Virus record (IMG/VR): IMGVR_UViG_3300022921_001386
Source of the DNA: a virus
Length of the DNA stretch: 64,000 nt
Strand: one strand, 5' to 3'
Below the pieces are notes generated by a model. That model saw only the letters and a program-made list of their open reading frames with translations, was not told where the DNA came from and searched no databases. Below, piece by piece: positions 10,742 to 20,212 of the stretch. The translations under genes and the position numbers were made by a program. Each line of letters begins with the position of its first letter. Position 1 is the stretch's first letter.

Positions 10742-11097
10742 TGACAAACCCATTTAAAGATATTGACACGTTTCATACAGCGTGTGACCAAGAGCCCAGT
10801 GCAGCAAACTACAAAATGTATTTGTCGCTTGTTGACGAAGAAGTAAGCGAACTTGTAGAAGCAGTTTTAGCAGATGACCAGGTAGAACAACTCGATGCAC
10901 TTGTAGACATTCTTGTTGTAACTATGGGTGCTATTCGTGCAGGCGGCTTTGACGGAGAAGGCGCATGGAAAGAAGTAATGGACACAAACTTTGCTAAGAT
11001 TGATGCAGAAACAGGCAAAGTACGCAAGCGTGAAGACGGCAAAGTGCTAAAACCAGAAGGTTGGCAACCGCCACAACTTGCACAGTTTGTAGGCTAA
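10741..11097 (+). CDS. MazG-like/PRA-PH family NTP pyrophosphohydrolase
   Basis: EEVSEL...LDALVDILVV...N.AK...REDGKVLKPEGW. Confidence 0.75.
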   Translation: MTNPFKDIDTFHTACDQEPSAANYKMYLSLVDEEVSELVEAVLADDQVEQLDALVDILVVTMGAIRAGGFDGEGAWKEVMDTNFAKIDAETGKVRKREDGKVLKPEGWQPPQLAQFVG

Positions 11098-11118
11098 ATA
11101 CTACAAAGGAGAACTGCT

Positions 11119-11742
11119 GTGAATAAATCTGATATCAAAAAAGCAATCATTAGAAGTCAACATTGTCAACGTAACTGGGATTTAAGTAAAACTATTCCAG
11201 ATGAGGATATCGAGGTTATTAGAACAGCCGTTGCCGATTGTCCTAGTAAACAAAATGTAGCATATTACAAAGTTATATTTGTTACAGATAGAGATAAGAT
11301 TGAACGTATATATCAAACAACCAACGGTTTTATCTCTAACTTTCAAACAAATGAAACTGTTACAAACAGTCAGGTATTAGCAAATTTGTTGGTCGTATTT
11401 GCAGAATCAAACGAAGAACCAAAAGAAAATATTTTTGGAGATGTATTTGTTCCAAGCAAGGATTTAGAAAAGCCCGAAGACTTGCTCAAAGACAAACACA
11501 TGGCAGTGGGTATTGCAGCAGGATATGCAAATATTACAGCAAGTATGCTAGGTTATAGCACAGGTTGTTGCGCATGTTTTGATCCTGCACAAGTTGCAGA
11601 AATATTAGATATTGATACACATGTACATTTGTTGATGGGTATAGGATTCAAAGACGAAACTCGTCCACGACGTGAACATCACGCAGAGGATTTTGTTTTT
11701 CCTACCAAGAAGAAACAAAAAATACAAGTGGATAAATGCTAA
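11119..11742 (+). CDS. nitroreductase-family flavoprotein
   Basis: R..QRNW....IP.E.I..I...A..CPSKQN; GIAAG....A..LGYSTGC; LLMGIG. Confidence 0.75.
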   Translation: MNKSDIKKAIIRSQHCQRNWDLSKTIPDEDIEVIRTAVADCPSKQNVAYYKVIFVTDRDKIERIYQTTNGFISNFQTNETVTNSQVLANLLVVFAESNEEPKENIFGDVFVPSKDLEKPEDLLKDKHMAVGIAAGYANITASMLGYSTGCCACFDPAQVAEILDIDTHVHLLMGIGFKDETRPRREHHAEDFVFPTKKKQKIQVDKC

Positions 11743-12644
11743 ACGGTAGAATACTTAAAAACGAAAAAATACTAGTTCATGCATTACAATGGTATATCGG
11801 TCATAGTTGTAACTTAACTTGTACAAACTGTAGTAACTTTAATAACTTTGCTATTAGTGGACAAGAAAAGTTTAGTGACTTTGCAAGAGAAGCACAGAGA
11901 TGGAGTGAAAAACTTCATGTAAATGATTTTGGTATTATTGGTGGCGAACCTTTTACAAACAATGATTTAGACAACTGGGTTCACGGATTACGTGATGTAT
12001 TCACTTGTAGAGATTTTAGAGTGGTAACAAACGGGACTTTATTATCTAAACATGCAGATAAAATGAAAGCCTGGTTTGACAGAGGAGTTACTGTAGAACT
12101 TAGTTTTCATTCTCAGGATCATGTTCCAAAAGCATTTGCAATTATTGACGAAGTACTAGACGGCAAATACGAAAAATATACAGTAACAAAAAACAACTTT
12201 ATCAAAGATCAAGCACGCCATGCTGGGTGCTATTATGAAGAAGCTATTCTTGTAGGGGATCATCCAGCATTTATAATAAACTATAAAGACAAGTTTATGC
12301 CATGGGGTGTAAAAAGTATCGACAACGGTGTTTATAACTTTTATGAAAGCGATAGAGAACAGGCACACACTGCATGTTGGCACAATGACTGTCCGTATAT
12401 ATATAAAGGTAAAATGTACAAATGCGGTACTGTTGTAGGAGCACAAGCGTTTGTTAAGAAATATCCTGTAAGAAAACAGGATAAAGATCTATATGAAAGC
12501 TATAAACCCATTGATGCATTTTCAAATACACTAGAAGAACAGGTATCTGCACTTTCAAATAGTGTACCACAATGTGTATTATGTCCTATTAACTCTGGTA
12601 GTGTAGAAAAGATTTCACTTGACAAAAAGAAAATTATGCCGTAG
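11736..12644 (+). CDS. radical SAM protein with C-terminal Cys cluster
   Basis: CNLTCTNC, GGEP, TNG motifs; extra C-terminal Cys residues. Confidence 0.85.
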   Translation: MLNGRILKNEKILVHALQWYIGHSCNLTCTNCSNFNNFAISGQEKFSDFAREAQRWSEKLHVNDFGIIGGEPFTNNDLDNWVHGLRDVFTCRDFRVVTNGTLLSKHADKMKAWFDRGVTVELSFHSQDHVPKAFAIIDEVLDGKYEKYTVTKNNFIKDQARHAGCYYEEAILVGDHPAFIINYKDKFMPWGVKSIDNGVYNFYESDREQAHTACWHNDCPYIYKGKMYKCGTVVGAQAFVKKYPVRKQDKDLYESYKPIDAFSNTLEEQVSALSNSVPQCVLCPINSGSVEKISLDKKKIMP

Positions 12645-12647
12645 TAT
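12619..12647 (+). promoter_or_regulatory. sigma70-like promoter
   Basis: TTGACA-N17-TAGTAT. Confidence 0.65.
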
Positions 12648-12677
12648 AAAATATACAAAACAACAACGAGGCATATT

Positions 12678-13196
12678 ATGATTCACGCAATGATCGACTT
12701 AGAAACACTAGATGTAACTCCACAAGCAACTGTGCTTACAGTTGGCGGTGTAAAGTTTGATCCCAACAGTGATGCTGAACCACACAGTGAGTTTTACTAC
12801 AAACTGGATTTAGACTCACAAGATCGTAGTGTAAATGATAGCACTATTGCTTGGTGGGGTCAGCAGGATCAAAAAGTGCAAGACGAAGCATTTGGCACTG
12901 AAGGACGAGAGCACGTTGATGTGTTCTTAGACAGTCTTCCAAAGTGGATGGTAGGTGTAGATGTGCTGTGGGGACACGGCTACGGATTTGATATTACCAT
13001 CATTGAAGATATGCTACGGCAGCGTGGAAAGAATATTCCATGGCAGTTTTGGCAAGTGCGTGATAGTCGTACATTGTTTGCACTAGCAAAAGTAGATCCA
13101 CGTAAAGCAATGCAAAGTGATCTACACAACGCACTAGCGGATGCTTACTTTCAAGCAAAAGGTGTACAAATGGTATATAAGGAACTTGGACTATGA
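12678..13196 (+). CDS. DEDDh 3'-5' exonuclease
   Basis: MIDLETL, FDI, HNALADA motifs. Confidence 0.8.
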   Translation: MIHAMIDLETLDVTPQATVLTVGGVKFDPNSDAEPHSEFYYKLDLDSQDRSVNDSTIAWWGQQDQKVQDEAFGTEGREHVDVFLDSLPKWMVGVDVLWGHGYGFDITIIEDMLRQRGKNIPWQFWQVRDSRTLFALAKVDPRKAMQSDLHNALADAYFQAKGVQMVYKELGL

Positions 13197-13417
13197 GAAT
13201 CGACGGACTTACACAAGAACAATGCAATATGCTTGATGAAATGTGGAAACGAGATTCTACAGACGAATTGTTTGCATTTTTTGCAACACTTCCACAGAAG
13301 AAGTTTGAAATGGCTATGACACTGCACAATATGATGTTACAAGAATTATGCGAAGACATGGTCAAAGTAGAAGATGGAAAGCAACTATTAAAAAATATAG
13401 GAGTTAATGTTGCTTAG
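13193..13417 (+). CDS. hypothetical protein
   Basis: ORF translationally coupled to neighbours. Confidence 0.6.
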   Translation: MRIDGLTQEQCNMLDEMWKRDSTDELFAFFATLPQKKFEMAMTLHNMMLQELCEDMVKVEDGKQLLKNIGVNVA

Positions 13418-13628
13418 ATGGTATGAATTTTGGGTGAAGAAAAGAATGACGACGATAGTTAATTTGAATAACATTGGCAAGACGACAGAAGAACGGCGTG
13501 AGGCTATAATGTGGTTATACACAAAGTATGGCCCTACCATTCAAGGTAAGTGGAAAGTTCGTGGATTGTCAGAAGTTGTTTTTAAAGAAGATAAACACGC
13601 AACATATTTTAGTTTGAGGTTTGCATGA
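13407..13628 (+). CDS. hypothetical protein
   Basis: AGGAG RBS; ends F..E..AT.F.LRF, a common small-phage-protein pattern. Confidence 0.6.
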   Translation: MLLRWYEFWVKKRMTTIVNLNNIGKTTEERREAIMWLYTKYGPTIQGKWKVRGLSEVVFKEDKHATYFSLRFA

Positions 13629-13789
13629 TACGGTGGTATGATTATCCTATAGCATTTTTAGTAGCAAGTGCAATGATTAATGCTTTTTTCACCATCCCTA
13701 TCTTAGGTGCATTTATTGCTTATGGTGTACATGAACTTTGGATGGATATATATTGTCAATGGAGGTTGAAACAAGAAGATGGAAAATAG
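13625..13789 (+). CDS. small membrane protein (54 aa, not in ORF track)
   Basis: GAGG RBS, ATGA overlap; MIRWYDYPIAFLVASAMINAFFTIPILGAFIAYG... hydrophobic. Confidence 0.55.
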   Translation: MIRWYDYPIAFLVASAMINAFFTIPILGAFIAYGVHELWMDIYCQWRLKQEDGK

Positions 13790-14057
13790 TCCTATTAACA
13801 CACTACAACAACTGATGTGTATTACTATGGAAGAGTGCGGTGAACTAACGCAACGCTGTTCAAAGATGATGCGCAAGTTTGAAACAATCGAAGATGCTAC
13901 AGAAAAACAGCGTGTAAAACTGTTAGAAGAAGCAGGCGATGTGTTGTGTATGATTGAACTAATGGTAGAACATGGTCTCTTGACAAATGAAGAATTAGGT
14001 GTTAGAGTAAATGTAAAGCGAGATAAACTAAAGACTTGGAGCGATCTTATAAAATGA
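13779..14057 (+). CDS. MazG-like nucleotide pyrophosphohydrolase
   Basis: MEECGEL.Q...K....LLEEAGDV motif. Confidence 0.7.
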   Translation: MENSPINTLQQLMCITMEECGELTQRCSKMMRKFETIEDATEKQRVKLLEEAGDVLCMIELMVEHGLLTNEELGVRVNVKRDKLKTWSDLIK

Positions 14058-14230
14058 CTAGACTTCGTAAGAAAAGACTGTTACTATTAGCTAAACACGG
14101 TGGAAACCACAAGCGTTGGTACAGTCAGTATTGCGAACTTATAAAAGAAGATCTAGTAACCTGGCAGTTTGGATTTGCCGCACTTACTCAGAAAGGTCGT
14201 ATCGAAATGCAGGATTGTCATGAAGATTAA
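14054..14230 (+). CDS. hypothetical protein
   Basis: ATGA-coupled ORF. Confidence 0.5.
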   Translation: MTRLRKKRLLLLAKHGGNHKRWYSQYCELIKEDLVTWQFGFAALTQKGRIEMQDCHED

Positions 14231-14849
14231 AATAAGTTGTTACCGTGATCGTTGTACGAGTTATGTCCACGACCGCTATATGAACAAAAAGTATGGCTAC
14301 ACCGATTGGCCTGAAACACAAACACGTTTTGAAAACTTTGTAGAAAAGACGGAAGATGTGTTGCAGTGGATTTACGACCATACGATCAACTTTACACTTG
14401 ATAAGCGTAACAGTCAAAAAATCCGTGTGCGTATAGACCGCTGGGATACTTGGAGTATGGATCATACTCTTGCTCCTATCATCCTGCCTATGCTAGTGCA
14501 GTTGAAAGAAACAAAACACGGCGCTCCTATGGTAGACATGAAAGATGTTCCAAAAGAACTACGTGCTACTAAAAAGCAACTAGATGCACACAGAAAAAAT
14601 GGCGATGTTGATCCAAAACACTGTGAACGCTGGGATTGGGTGCTGGACGAAATGATTTGGGCGTTTGAACAAAAGTGTCGTGACGATTGGCGAGAAGATT
14701 ACTATGGTCCGTATATCGAAAGCGAGGATGATAATCCTCTAAGCGGACACTTTGAATGGGTTGATGACGAAGGTCGTAACGCTCACCAAGCTCGTATGAC
14801 CAACGGTTTTAAGTTGTTTGGAACTTACTTTGAGAACTTGTGGGACTGA
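14220..14849 (+). CDS. conserved hypothetical T4-like phage protein
   Basis: IDRWDTWSMDHTLA.II.PML.QLK...HG.P; W.WVLDEMIWAF; LFG.YF..LWD. Confidence 0.7.
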   Translation: MKIKISCYRDRCTSYVHDRYMNKKYGYTDWPETQTRFENFVEKTEDVLQWIYDHTINFTLDKRNSQKIRVRIDRWDTWSMDHTLAPIILPMLVQLKETKHGAPMVDMKDVPKELRATKKQLDAHRKNGDVDPKHCERWDWVLDEMIWAFEQKCRDDWREDYYGPYIESEDDNPLSGHFEWVDDEGRNAHQARMTNGFKLFGTYFENLWD

Positions 14850-14853
14850 TAGG

Positions 14854-15027
14854 ATGAAAAAACTTTGGAGACTGTGGGCAAAAAGCCTCGGTGAGAAAGT
14901 TGGAGAAACAGACAGCCAAGCAGACAGTGTGGCTGTTATTAGAACCATTTGGTGGTTGACACATATGGTAACTTGCTTTATGATTATTATACATAATGGC
15001 GCAAAATTAGGATGGTGGTTAAATTGA
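14854..15027 (+). CDS. small hypothetical membrane protein
   Basis: MKKLWRLWAKSLGEK...AD.VA.IRT pattern; hydrophobic C-terminus. Confidence 0.55.
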   Translation: MKKLWRLWAKSLGEKVGETDSQADSVAVIRTIWWLTHMVTCFMIIIHNGAKLGWWLN

Positions 15028-15938
15028 AAGAACTCTGGGTAGAAAAATATAGACCTAAAACAGTAGATGGGTATGTGTTTCGAGATGAAGCACAAAAAGC
15101 ACAAGTAAACACTTGGATCAAAGACGCAAGCATTCCGCACTTGCTGTTTAGTGGCAATGCCGGAATTGGTAAAACAACACTTGCTAAACTGTTGTTCAAC
15201 GAACTTGATGTAAATCCTCTTGATATTCTTGAGATCAACGCAAGTCGTACAAACAGCGTTGAAGATGTGCGAGACAAGATTGTTTCGTTTGTACAGATGA
15301 TTCCGTTTGGTGACTTTAAAGTTGTACTACTTGATGAGGCTGATTACTTGTCGCCAAACGCACAAGCAGCACTACGTGGTGTTATGGAAGAGTATCATAC
15401 TACAGCACGTTTTATTCTAACATGCAACTATCCCAACAGAATCATTCCTGCGATTCACAGTCGTTGTCAAGGGTTTCATATCGCTAAAGTTGATCAAACA
15501 GAATTTACTGCCAGAGTTGCAACTATTCTTATCACAGAAGGTATTACTCCAGACTTGGACACACTGGACACTTATGTAAAAGCAACATATCCAGACTTGC
15601 GCAAGTGTATCAACATGGTACAAATGAATAGTGTAGACGGCGAGTTGATATCACCACAAGAAGGCGACAGCGGCGAAGCTGACTGGAAACTTGAAATGGT
15701 TGAACTGTTCAAAGCAGGCAAGATTCATGATGCAAGAAAACTGTTGTGCGGCGCGGTACGAGCAGAAGAAATGGAAGAGATTTATCGCTGGTTGTATGAC
15801 AACATTGAGTTGTTCGGAACAGATGCTCAACAGGATCAAGCAGTGCTAATTATTAAGCAAGGGTTAGTTGATCATACACTTGTTGTAGATCCAGAGATCA
15901 ACTTAGCAGCAACACTTATTCGACTAGGAGCACTATGA
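15012..15938 (+). CDS. clamp loader ATPase subunit (gp44/RFC small subunit-like)
   Basis: [28 protein letters not shown] motifs. Confidence 0.92.
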   Translation: MVVKLKELWVEKYRPKTVDGYVFRDEAQKAQVNTWIKDASIPHLLFSGNAGIGKTTLAKLLFNELDVNPLDILEINASRTNSVEDVRDKIVSFVQMIPFGDFKVVLLDEADYLSPNAQAALRGVMEEYHTTARFILTCNYPNRIIPAIHSRCQGFHIAKVDQTEFTARVATILITEGITPDLDTLDTYVKATYPDLRKCINMVQMNSVDGELISPQEGDSGEADWKLEMVELFKAGKIHDARKLLCGAVRAEEMEEIYRWLYDNIELFGTDAQQDQAVLIIKQGLVDHTLVVDPEINLAATLIRLGAL

Positions 15939-16276
15939 CATATATTGTAAATGATGCATGTATTAAATGTAAACACATGGATTGTGTAGAAGTTTGTCCA
16001 GTAGATTGTTTCTACGAAGGCGAAAACATGCTGGTTATTAATCCAATAGAATGCATTGACTGTGGCGTCTGCGAGCCGGAATGTCCTGCAGATGCAATTC
16101 TTCCTGATACAGCACCTGGTGCAGCAGAGTGGGTTGACTTTAATCAAAAGTATGCAGACTTGTGGCCTGTGATTACAGAAATGCGGACAGAAGATGTACC
16201 TGAGGATGCCAAAGAATGGCATGGGGTAGAAGGCAAAATGCAATACTTTTCAGAGGAGCCAGGACAAGGTGATTAG
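15935..16276 (+). CDS. fdxA: 7Fe ferredoxin (FdxA type)
   Basis: [21 protein letters not shown]...[12 protein letters not shown]. Confidence 0.92.
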   Translation: MTYIVNDACIKCKHMDCVEVCPVDCFYEGENMLVINPIECIDCGVCEPECPADAILPDTAPGAAEWVDFNQKYADLWPVITEMRTEDVPEDAKEWHGVEGKMQYFSEEPGQGD

Positions 16277-16751
16277 AGCAATACTAGCATGTGACGATGC
16301 ATGGGGCATTGGCAAAAGCGGAACACTTCCGTGGCCACATAACCCTGCCGACCTGCAATGGTTCAAAGAATGTACAATCAATAGTACAGTTGTTATGGGT
16401 AGAGCAACTTGGGATGATCCTGACATGCCCAAGCCAATGCCTAGACGACACAATGTTATTGTATCAAGAACAATGAGAGAAAACAGTCACGAGCGCATTG
16501 AAGTAGTGCGTCCTGATATTTACAAGTCTCGTTGTGTTACTATGAATATGACTGATGATGTTTGGATCATTGGTGGCGCTAAACTAGTTGCTGATAGCCT
16601 CGACATCATTGACGAAATTTGGCTGAGTCGTATTGATGGCACGTATGATTGCGACACATTTCTACCGCGAGAACTCATTGAAACTACGTTTAGTCTTGTA
16701 AGTAGTCAACACGAAGGCGATTTATATATTGATAAGTGGAGAGCATATTGA
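16269..16751 (+). CDS. folA: dihydrofolate reductase
   Basis: GIG..G.LPW...DL.WFK.T...VVMGR.TW; IIGGA; CDTF. Confidence 0.9.
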   Translation: MIRAILACDDAWGIGKSGTLPWPHNPADLQWFKECTINSTVVMGRATWDDPDMPKPMPRRHNVIVSRTMRENSHERIEVVRPDIYKSRCVTMNMTDDVWIIGGAKLVADSLDIIDEIWLSRIDGTYDCDTFLPRELIETTFSLVSSQHEGDLYIDKWRAY

Positions 16752-17614
16752 AACAGTATTTAGAAGCATTAGAATATATTTTAGCTAATGGCAAAGACCG
16801 CAACGACAGAACAGGGGTAGGAACACGTGGCGTGTTTGGCTACCAAATGCGTTTTAATCTGCGTGAAAGTTTTCCAGCTGTTACTACAAAGAAACTTGCT
16901 TGGAAAAGTGTTGTTAGCGAATTACTGTGGTTCCTAGAAGGCAGTTCGGACGAAAGACGTCTTGCTGAAATACATTACGGAAAGTCTCGTGAAGAACTAG
17001 TAGGCAAGAACACTATTTGGACTGCCAATGCTGATAAACAGGCAGCAGATTTAGGTTATACAAATACCGATACTGTAAAAGATTTGGGCCCAGTATACGG
17101 GCACCAATGGCGCACCTGGGATTCACAGCTGGGATATGTGGATCAAATTGCACAAGTGTTAGAAGGTCTTAAACACGATCCAGACAGCAGACGGCATATT
17201 GTAAGTGCCTGGAACGCAGATCGTGTACCTGTAATGGCATTGCCGCCTTGTCATACCATGTTTCAGTTTTATGTGCAGGACGGTGAACTAAGCTGTCAAC
17301 TTTATCAACGCAGTGCTGATATGTTCCTAGGTGTGCCTTTTAATATTGCAAGTTATAGTTTGCTTACACATATGTTTGCTAACCTGTTAGAGTTAAAAGT
17401 TGGTGATTTTATTTGGACTGGTGGCGATTGTCATATCTATCAAAATCATATGGATCAAGTAAAAGAGCAAATCACTCGTGAACCACACAGCGGTCCGCAT
17501 TTGTTGATGCCAGCATTTAGCACACTAAACGAGTTGATTGCTACAAAAGCAATGGATTACAAACTGATCAACTATACTCCAATGGATAGTATTTCTGCAC
17601 CTATGGCAGTGTAA
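16748..17614 (+). CDS. thyA: thymidylate synthase
   Basis: DRTGVGT, ELLWF, MALPPCH, YQRSADMFLGVPFNIASY; TTG start after GGAG (track start 16736). Confidence 0.95.
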   Translation: MKQYLEALEYILANGKDRNDRTGVGTRGVFGYQMRFNLRESFPAVTTKKLAWKSVVSELLWFLEGSSDERRLAEIHYGKSREELVGKNTIWTANADKQAADLGYTNTDTVKDLGPVYGHQWRTWDSQLGYVDQIAQVLEGLKHDPDSRRHIVSAWNADRVPVMALPPCHTMFQFYVQDGELSCQLYQRSADMFLGVPFNIASYSLLTHMFANLLELKVGDFIWTGGDCHIYQNHMDQVKEQITREPHSGPHLLMPAFSTLNELIATKAMDYKLINYTPMDSISAPMAV

Positions 17615-17853
17615 TGCCCCAAACAGTTGAAATAGATATAGAATGGAAACAACGCTATGCATGGTTACCCGTGCGTAGCAGTTGGAGTAAAAAACGTATC
17701 TGGTTGAAGACGTATTGGACAGGTCAGATATATTTTGATGCCATGGGCCGACCGCCGATCAAAGCAAGATATTGGCAACTCATTTATACTGAAAATGAGT
17801 ACTTGTTAATGTTGTTGAGAGGATGCCAAGTATCAACATCCTCTCGGGTTTAA
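17614..17853 (+). CDS. hypothetical protein
   Basis: Coupled ORF; W...YAWLPV......IWL..Y motif. Confidence 0.55.
   Translation: MPQTVEIDIEWKQRYAWLPVRSSWSKKRIWLKTYWTGQIYFDAMGRPPIKARYWQLIYTENEYLLMLLRGCQVSTSSRV
17817..17845. terminator. hairpin between convergent transcription units
   Basis: GAGAGGATG-N11-CATCCTCTC at the junction of the thyA operon and phoH; weak U-tract. Confidence 0.4.
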
Positions 17854-17865
17854 AAGTGTTAGAGT

Positions 17866-18603
17866 TTAAACGTCTCCGTAAATCTCTAATACTTCTTTAA
17901 CTGCTTCATGTCTTTCGATGTCGCCTTTATGAAACACAACAGTACTAATACGACTTGATGAGCTGTTTTCTAAATGGTTAACAAAGTCAAGTAATCCGTT
18001 ATCTTTTAATCTATCTGCTTGAGCCAAATCACCTGTAACAACCATTTTTGATCCTGTGCCTATACGTGTTAACAACATTTTCATTTGGTTCGGTGTAGCA
18101 TTTTGCATTTCGTCTGCAATAATATAAGCATCTTTAAAAGTTCTTCCTCGCATATATGCAAGTGGTGATATTTCAATAACACCTTCTTTTATCATACCTT
18201 CAATTTCATTTGCATAAAAATGTTCTCTAAATACATCAAAAATAGGCCTAGTCCAAGGTGCCATTTTTTCTTCTAATGTACCTGGTAGAAAACCTAAATC
18301 TTCATCAGCACTTACTGCCGGCCTTGTAACAACTATACGTTCTATTTCGCCATTTAAAAATGCTTTAACAGCACTCTGACATGCCAGAAGTGTTTTACCT
18401 GTACCAGCTGGACCAATACCAAAAACTATGTTTTTATCCGTATCCAGTAGTTCTAGGACGTATTCTTCTTGGTTGCGATTTCTTGGAAGTATATCAACAT
18501 TTCGTTGTTTTTTTGGAAGGAAAGTGTTTAGTTTAACAACATTATTAATGTTATTATTTGATTTAATGTGTGCTTGCCTTTTAGCGGCTCTAGCTTTACC
18601 CAT
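17866..18603 (-). CDS. phoH: PhoH-family ATPase
   Basis: GPAGTGKT, RPAV, LGFLPG, MRGRT, DEMQN, GD..Q.D; AGGAGG RBS; only clear minus-strand gene. Confidence 0.95.
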   Translation of the reverse strand: MGKARAAKRQAHIKSNNNINNVVKLNTFLPKKQRNVDILPRNRNQEEYVLELLDTDKNIVFGIGPAGTGKTLLACQSAVKAFLNGEIERIVVTRPAVSADEDLGFLPGTLEEKMAPWTRPIFDVFREHFYANEIEGMIKEGVIEISPLAYMRGRTFKDAYIIADEMQNATPNQMKMLLTRIGTGSKMVVTGDLAQADRLKDNGLLDFVNHLENSSSSRISTVVFHKGDIERHEAVKEVLEIYGDV

Positions 18604-18625
18604 GTAGTCCTCCTATGAGTTAGAA

Positions 18626-18672
18626 CAGGGGATGTTTCCTTTGCAGGAAACCTTCCCTGCACTCGTATTTAC
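18626..18672 (-). promoter_or_regulatory. late-type promoter (GTAAATA) and GCAA-tetraloop hairpin in phoH leader
   Basis: Minus strand: GTAAATA (18672-18666), then CAGGG-AAG-GTTTCCT-GCAA-AGGAAAC-ATC-CCCTG. Confidence 0.5.
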
Positions 18673-18760
18673 TCTTTTTATGATTGTATTATATACGTAG
18701 TGAATTATTTTATTAACATTACTATAGGTGATAAATAGTTATAATAAAGCGAGGACAACA

Positions 18761-19342
18761 ATGCCTAATATATTAGACACTCTTGATGTGATAGAAAATC
18801 TTAGTTCGATCTATGAAAACGATCGTGCGTTTGCAGTACTTAAAGACTTTGAAAGAGTCATTGATGAGTTAGGGTTGTATGTGTATGACAACTGGGAAGA
18901 AGGCGAACTAGCAGCTGGCCCAGAAATAGATCGTCACTGGGTCAAATGTAGTTTTATGTGGCCAAGAAAACGTATGCCTGACCCACAAGGTGGTAAGCGT
19001 TTGCTTGATTATGATTGTAAAATACAATATGAAAAATCAAGTATCATTAAACCACGTCAAATAAAAAAACCAGGAGATATTCGTCCTGGAACTAAAAAAG
19101 GTAAACTTGATAAAGTTCCAGTATGGTTAGTGCATATAACTATGCCTAAAAAACTAATCATTAGTATTTTTGGTGGAGATGTCGAAACTATCGATCTACC
19201 AGATACTGAAAGTAAAAATGCAGCAGGTGCACCAGCACCAGCAGGTGGAGCAATGCCAGCACCAATGGCAGCACCAGCACCAGTAGGTGGAGCAGCACCA
19301 GCCGCTGGCGAAGCGCCAGCACCAGGAGCAGGAGCAGTATAA
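18761..19342 (+). CDS. hypothetical protein with Ala/Pro-rich tail
   Basis: GAGG RBS, ATAAATA upstream; APAPAGG repeats at C-terminus. Confidence 0.7.
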   Translation: MPNILDTLDVIENLSSIYENDRAFAVLKDFERVIDELGLYVYDNWEEGELAAGPEIDRHWVKCSFMWPRKRMPDPQGGKRLLDYDCKIQYEKSSIIKPRQIKKPGDIRPGTKKGKLDKVPVWLVHITMPKKLIISIFGGDVETIDLPDTESKNAAGAPAPAGGAMPAPMAAPAPVGGAAPAAGEAPAPGAGAV

Positions 19343-20061
19343 TGGGATTAAGAGCCAACGATTTACACGACTTAATAAAATCAGTATTTGAAATAGATAG
19401 TTTTCAAAGTAAAATGGGAACGGACGAAGATATTGTAGTAGTAAGTTTTAGTGTACTAGACGAACAAGCTGCAAAAGATCTTGTAGACTTTATTGAAAAA
19501 GGCTACGGATTTGTACTCGATGCAGATGCTACACCTGGAGAAATTGAAAACAATGTTTATAAAGTATTTGTAGAAATGGAAAGAAATACCAAAGTTCCTA
19601 CAAATATTTTAGAATTATTAGACGGAGTTGGAAAACTAGCAGAGATTGAAAACTTTAGGTTTCGTTATCATAAAAGTTTTACAAGCTACGATGCAAGTGT
19701 AGATAATCTATCAGAGATGATACCAGCAGATCAATTTATCTATAATGATACTATTGTTCAAGAAGGCAATATGAATAACTTTAAAGATTTTTTTAGTAAG
19801 AGCTTTATGGAAAGTATTGAAATATTTGGAGATCAACTGCTAGTTAAACGAGCATTTGCTGATCCAGTTGGGTTTACTATAAAAGATTTTAACACTACTC
19901 ATTATATAAATAAAAATTTAACTGAAAAAATAAACATGAATGATTATGCAGAAATATTATTTTTAACTAAATATCTCGGTGATTACAATGTTACTAAATT
20001 TGGTAAAAATACACTAACGTTTGAAAACGAAGGACACACACTTGTCGTTGAAAGACTTTAA
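19342..20061 (+). CDS. hypothetical protein
   Basis: 239 aa coupled ORF. Confidence 0.7.
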   Translation: MGLRANDLHDLIKSVFEIDSFQSKMGTDEDIVVVSFSVLDEQAAKDLVDFIEKGYGFVLDADATPGEIENNVYKVFVEMERNTKVPTNILELLDGVGKLAEIENFRFRYHKSFTSYDASVDNLSEMIPADQFIYNDTIVQEGNMNNFKDFFSKSFMESIEIFGDQLLVKRAFADPVGFTIKDFNTTHYINKNLTEKINMNDYAEILFLTKYLGDYNVTKFGKNTLTFENEGHTLVVERL

Positions 20062-20212
20062 TAAGAATCACTGCAACAACTGCGGGCGTCCATCACATTG
20101 TGGCGTTCCATACTATCAAGACTTACAAGACTATAATCAGCCGCCAGTTACAACTAAAATATGTGACCATTGCAGATGCGGCCGCTGCACTACTATAGAG
20201 GATAAAAAATAA
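20021..20212 (+). CDS. small Cys-rich (zinc-finger-like) protein
   Basis: CNNCGRPSHC...CDHCRCGRC; start uncertain (TTG at 20042/20048 possible). Confidence 0.55.
   Translation: MKTKDTHLSLKDFNKNHCNNCGRPSHCGVPYYQDLQDYNQPPVTTKICDHCRCGRCTTIEDKK

Noticed and set aside
11119-11742. Calling the nitroreductase BluB because of the nearby B12 radical SAM
   Set aside because: Only generic nitroreductase motifs are visible; no BluB-specific signature recognised.
19220-19338. GCACCA-rich repeats (also 27758-27811) as a possible CRISPR or non-coding repeat array
   Set aside because: They are in-frame Ala/Pro/Gly linkers with no repeat-spacer structure.
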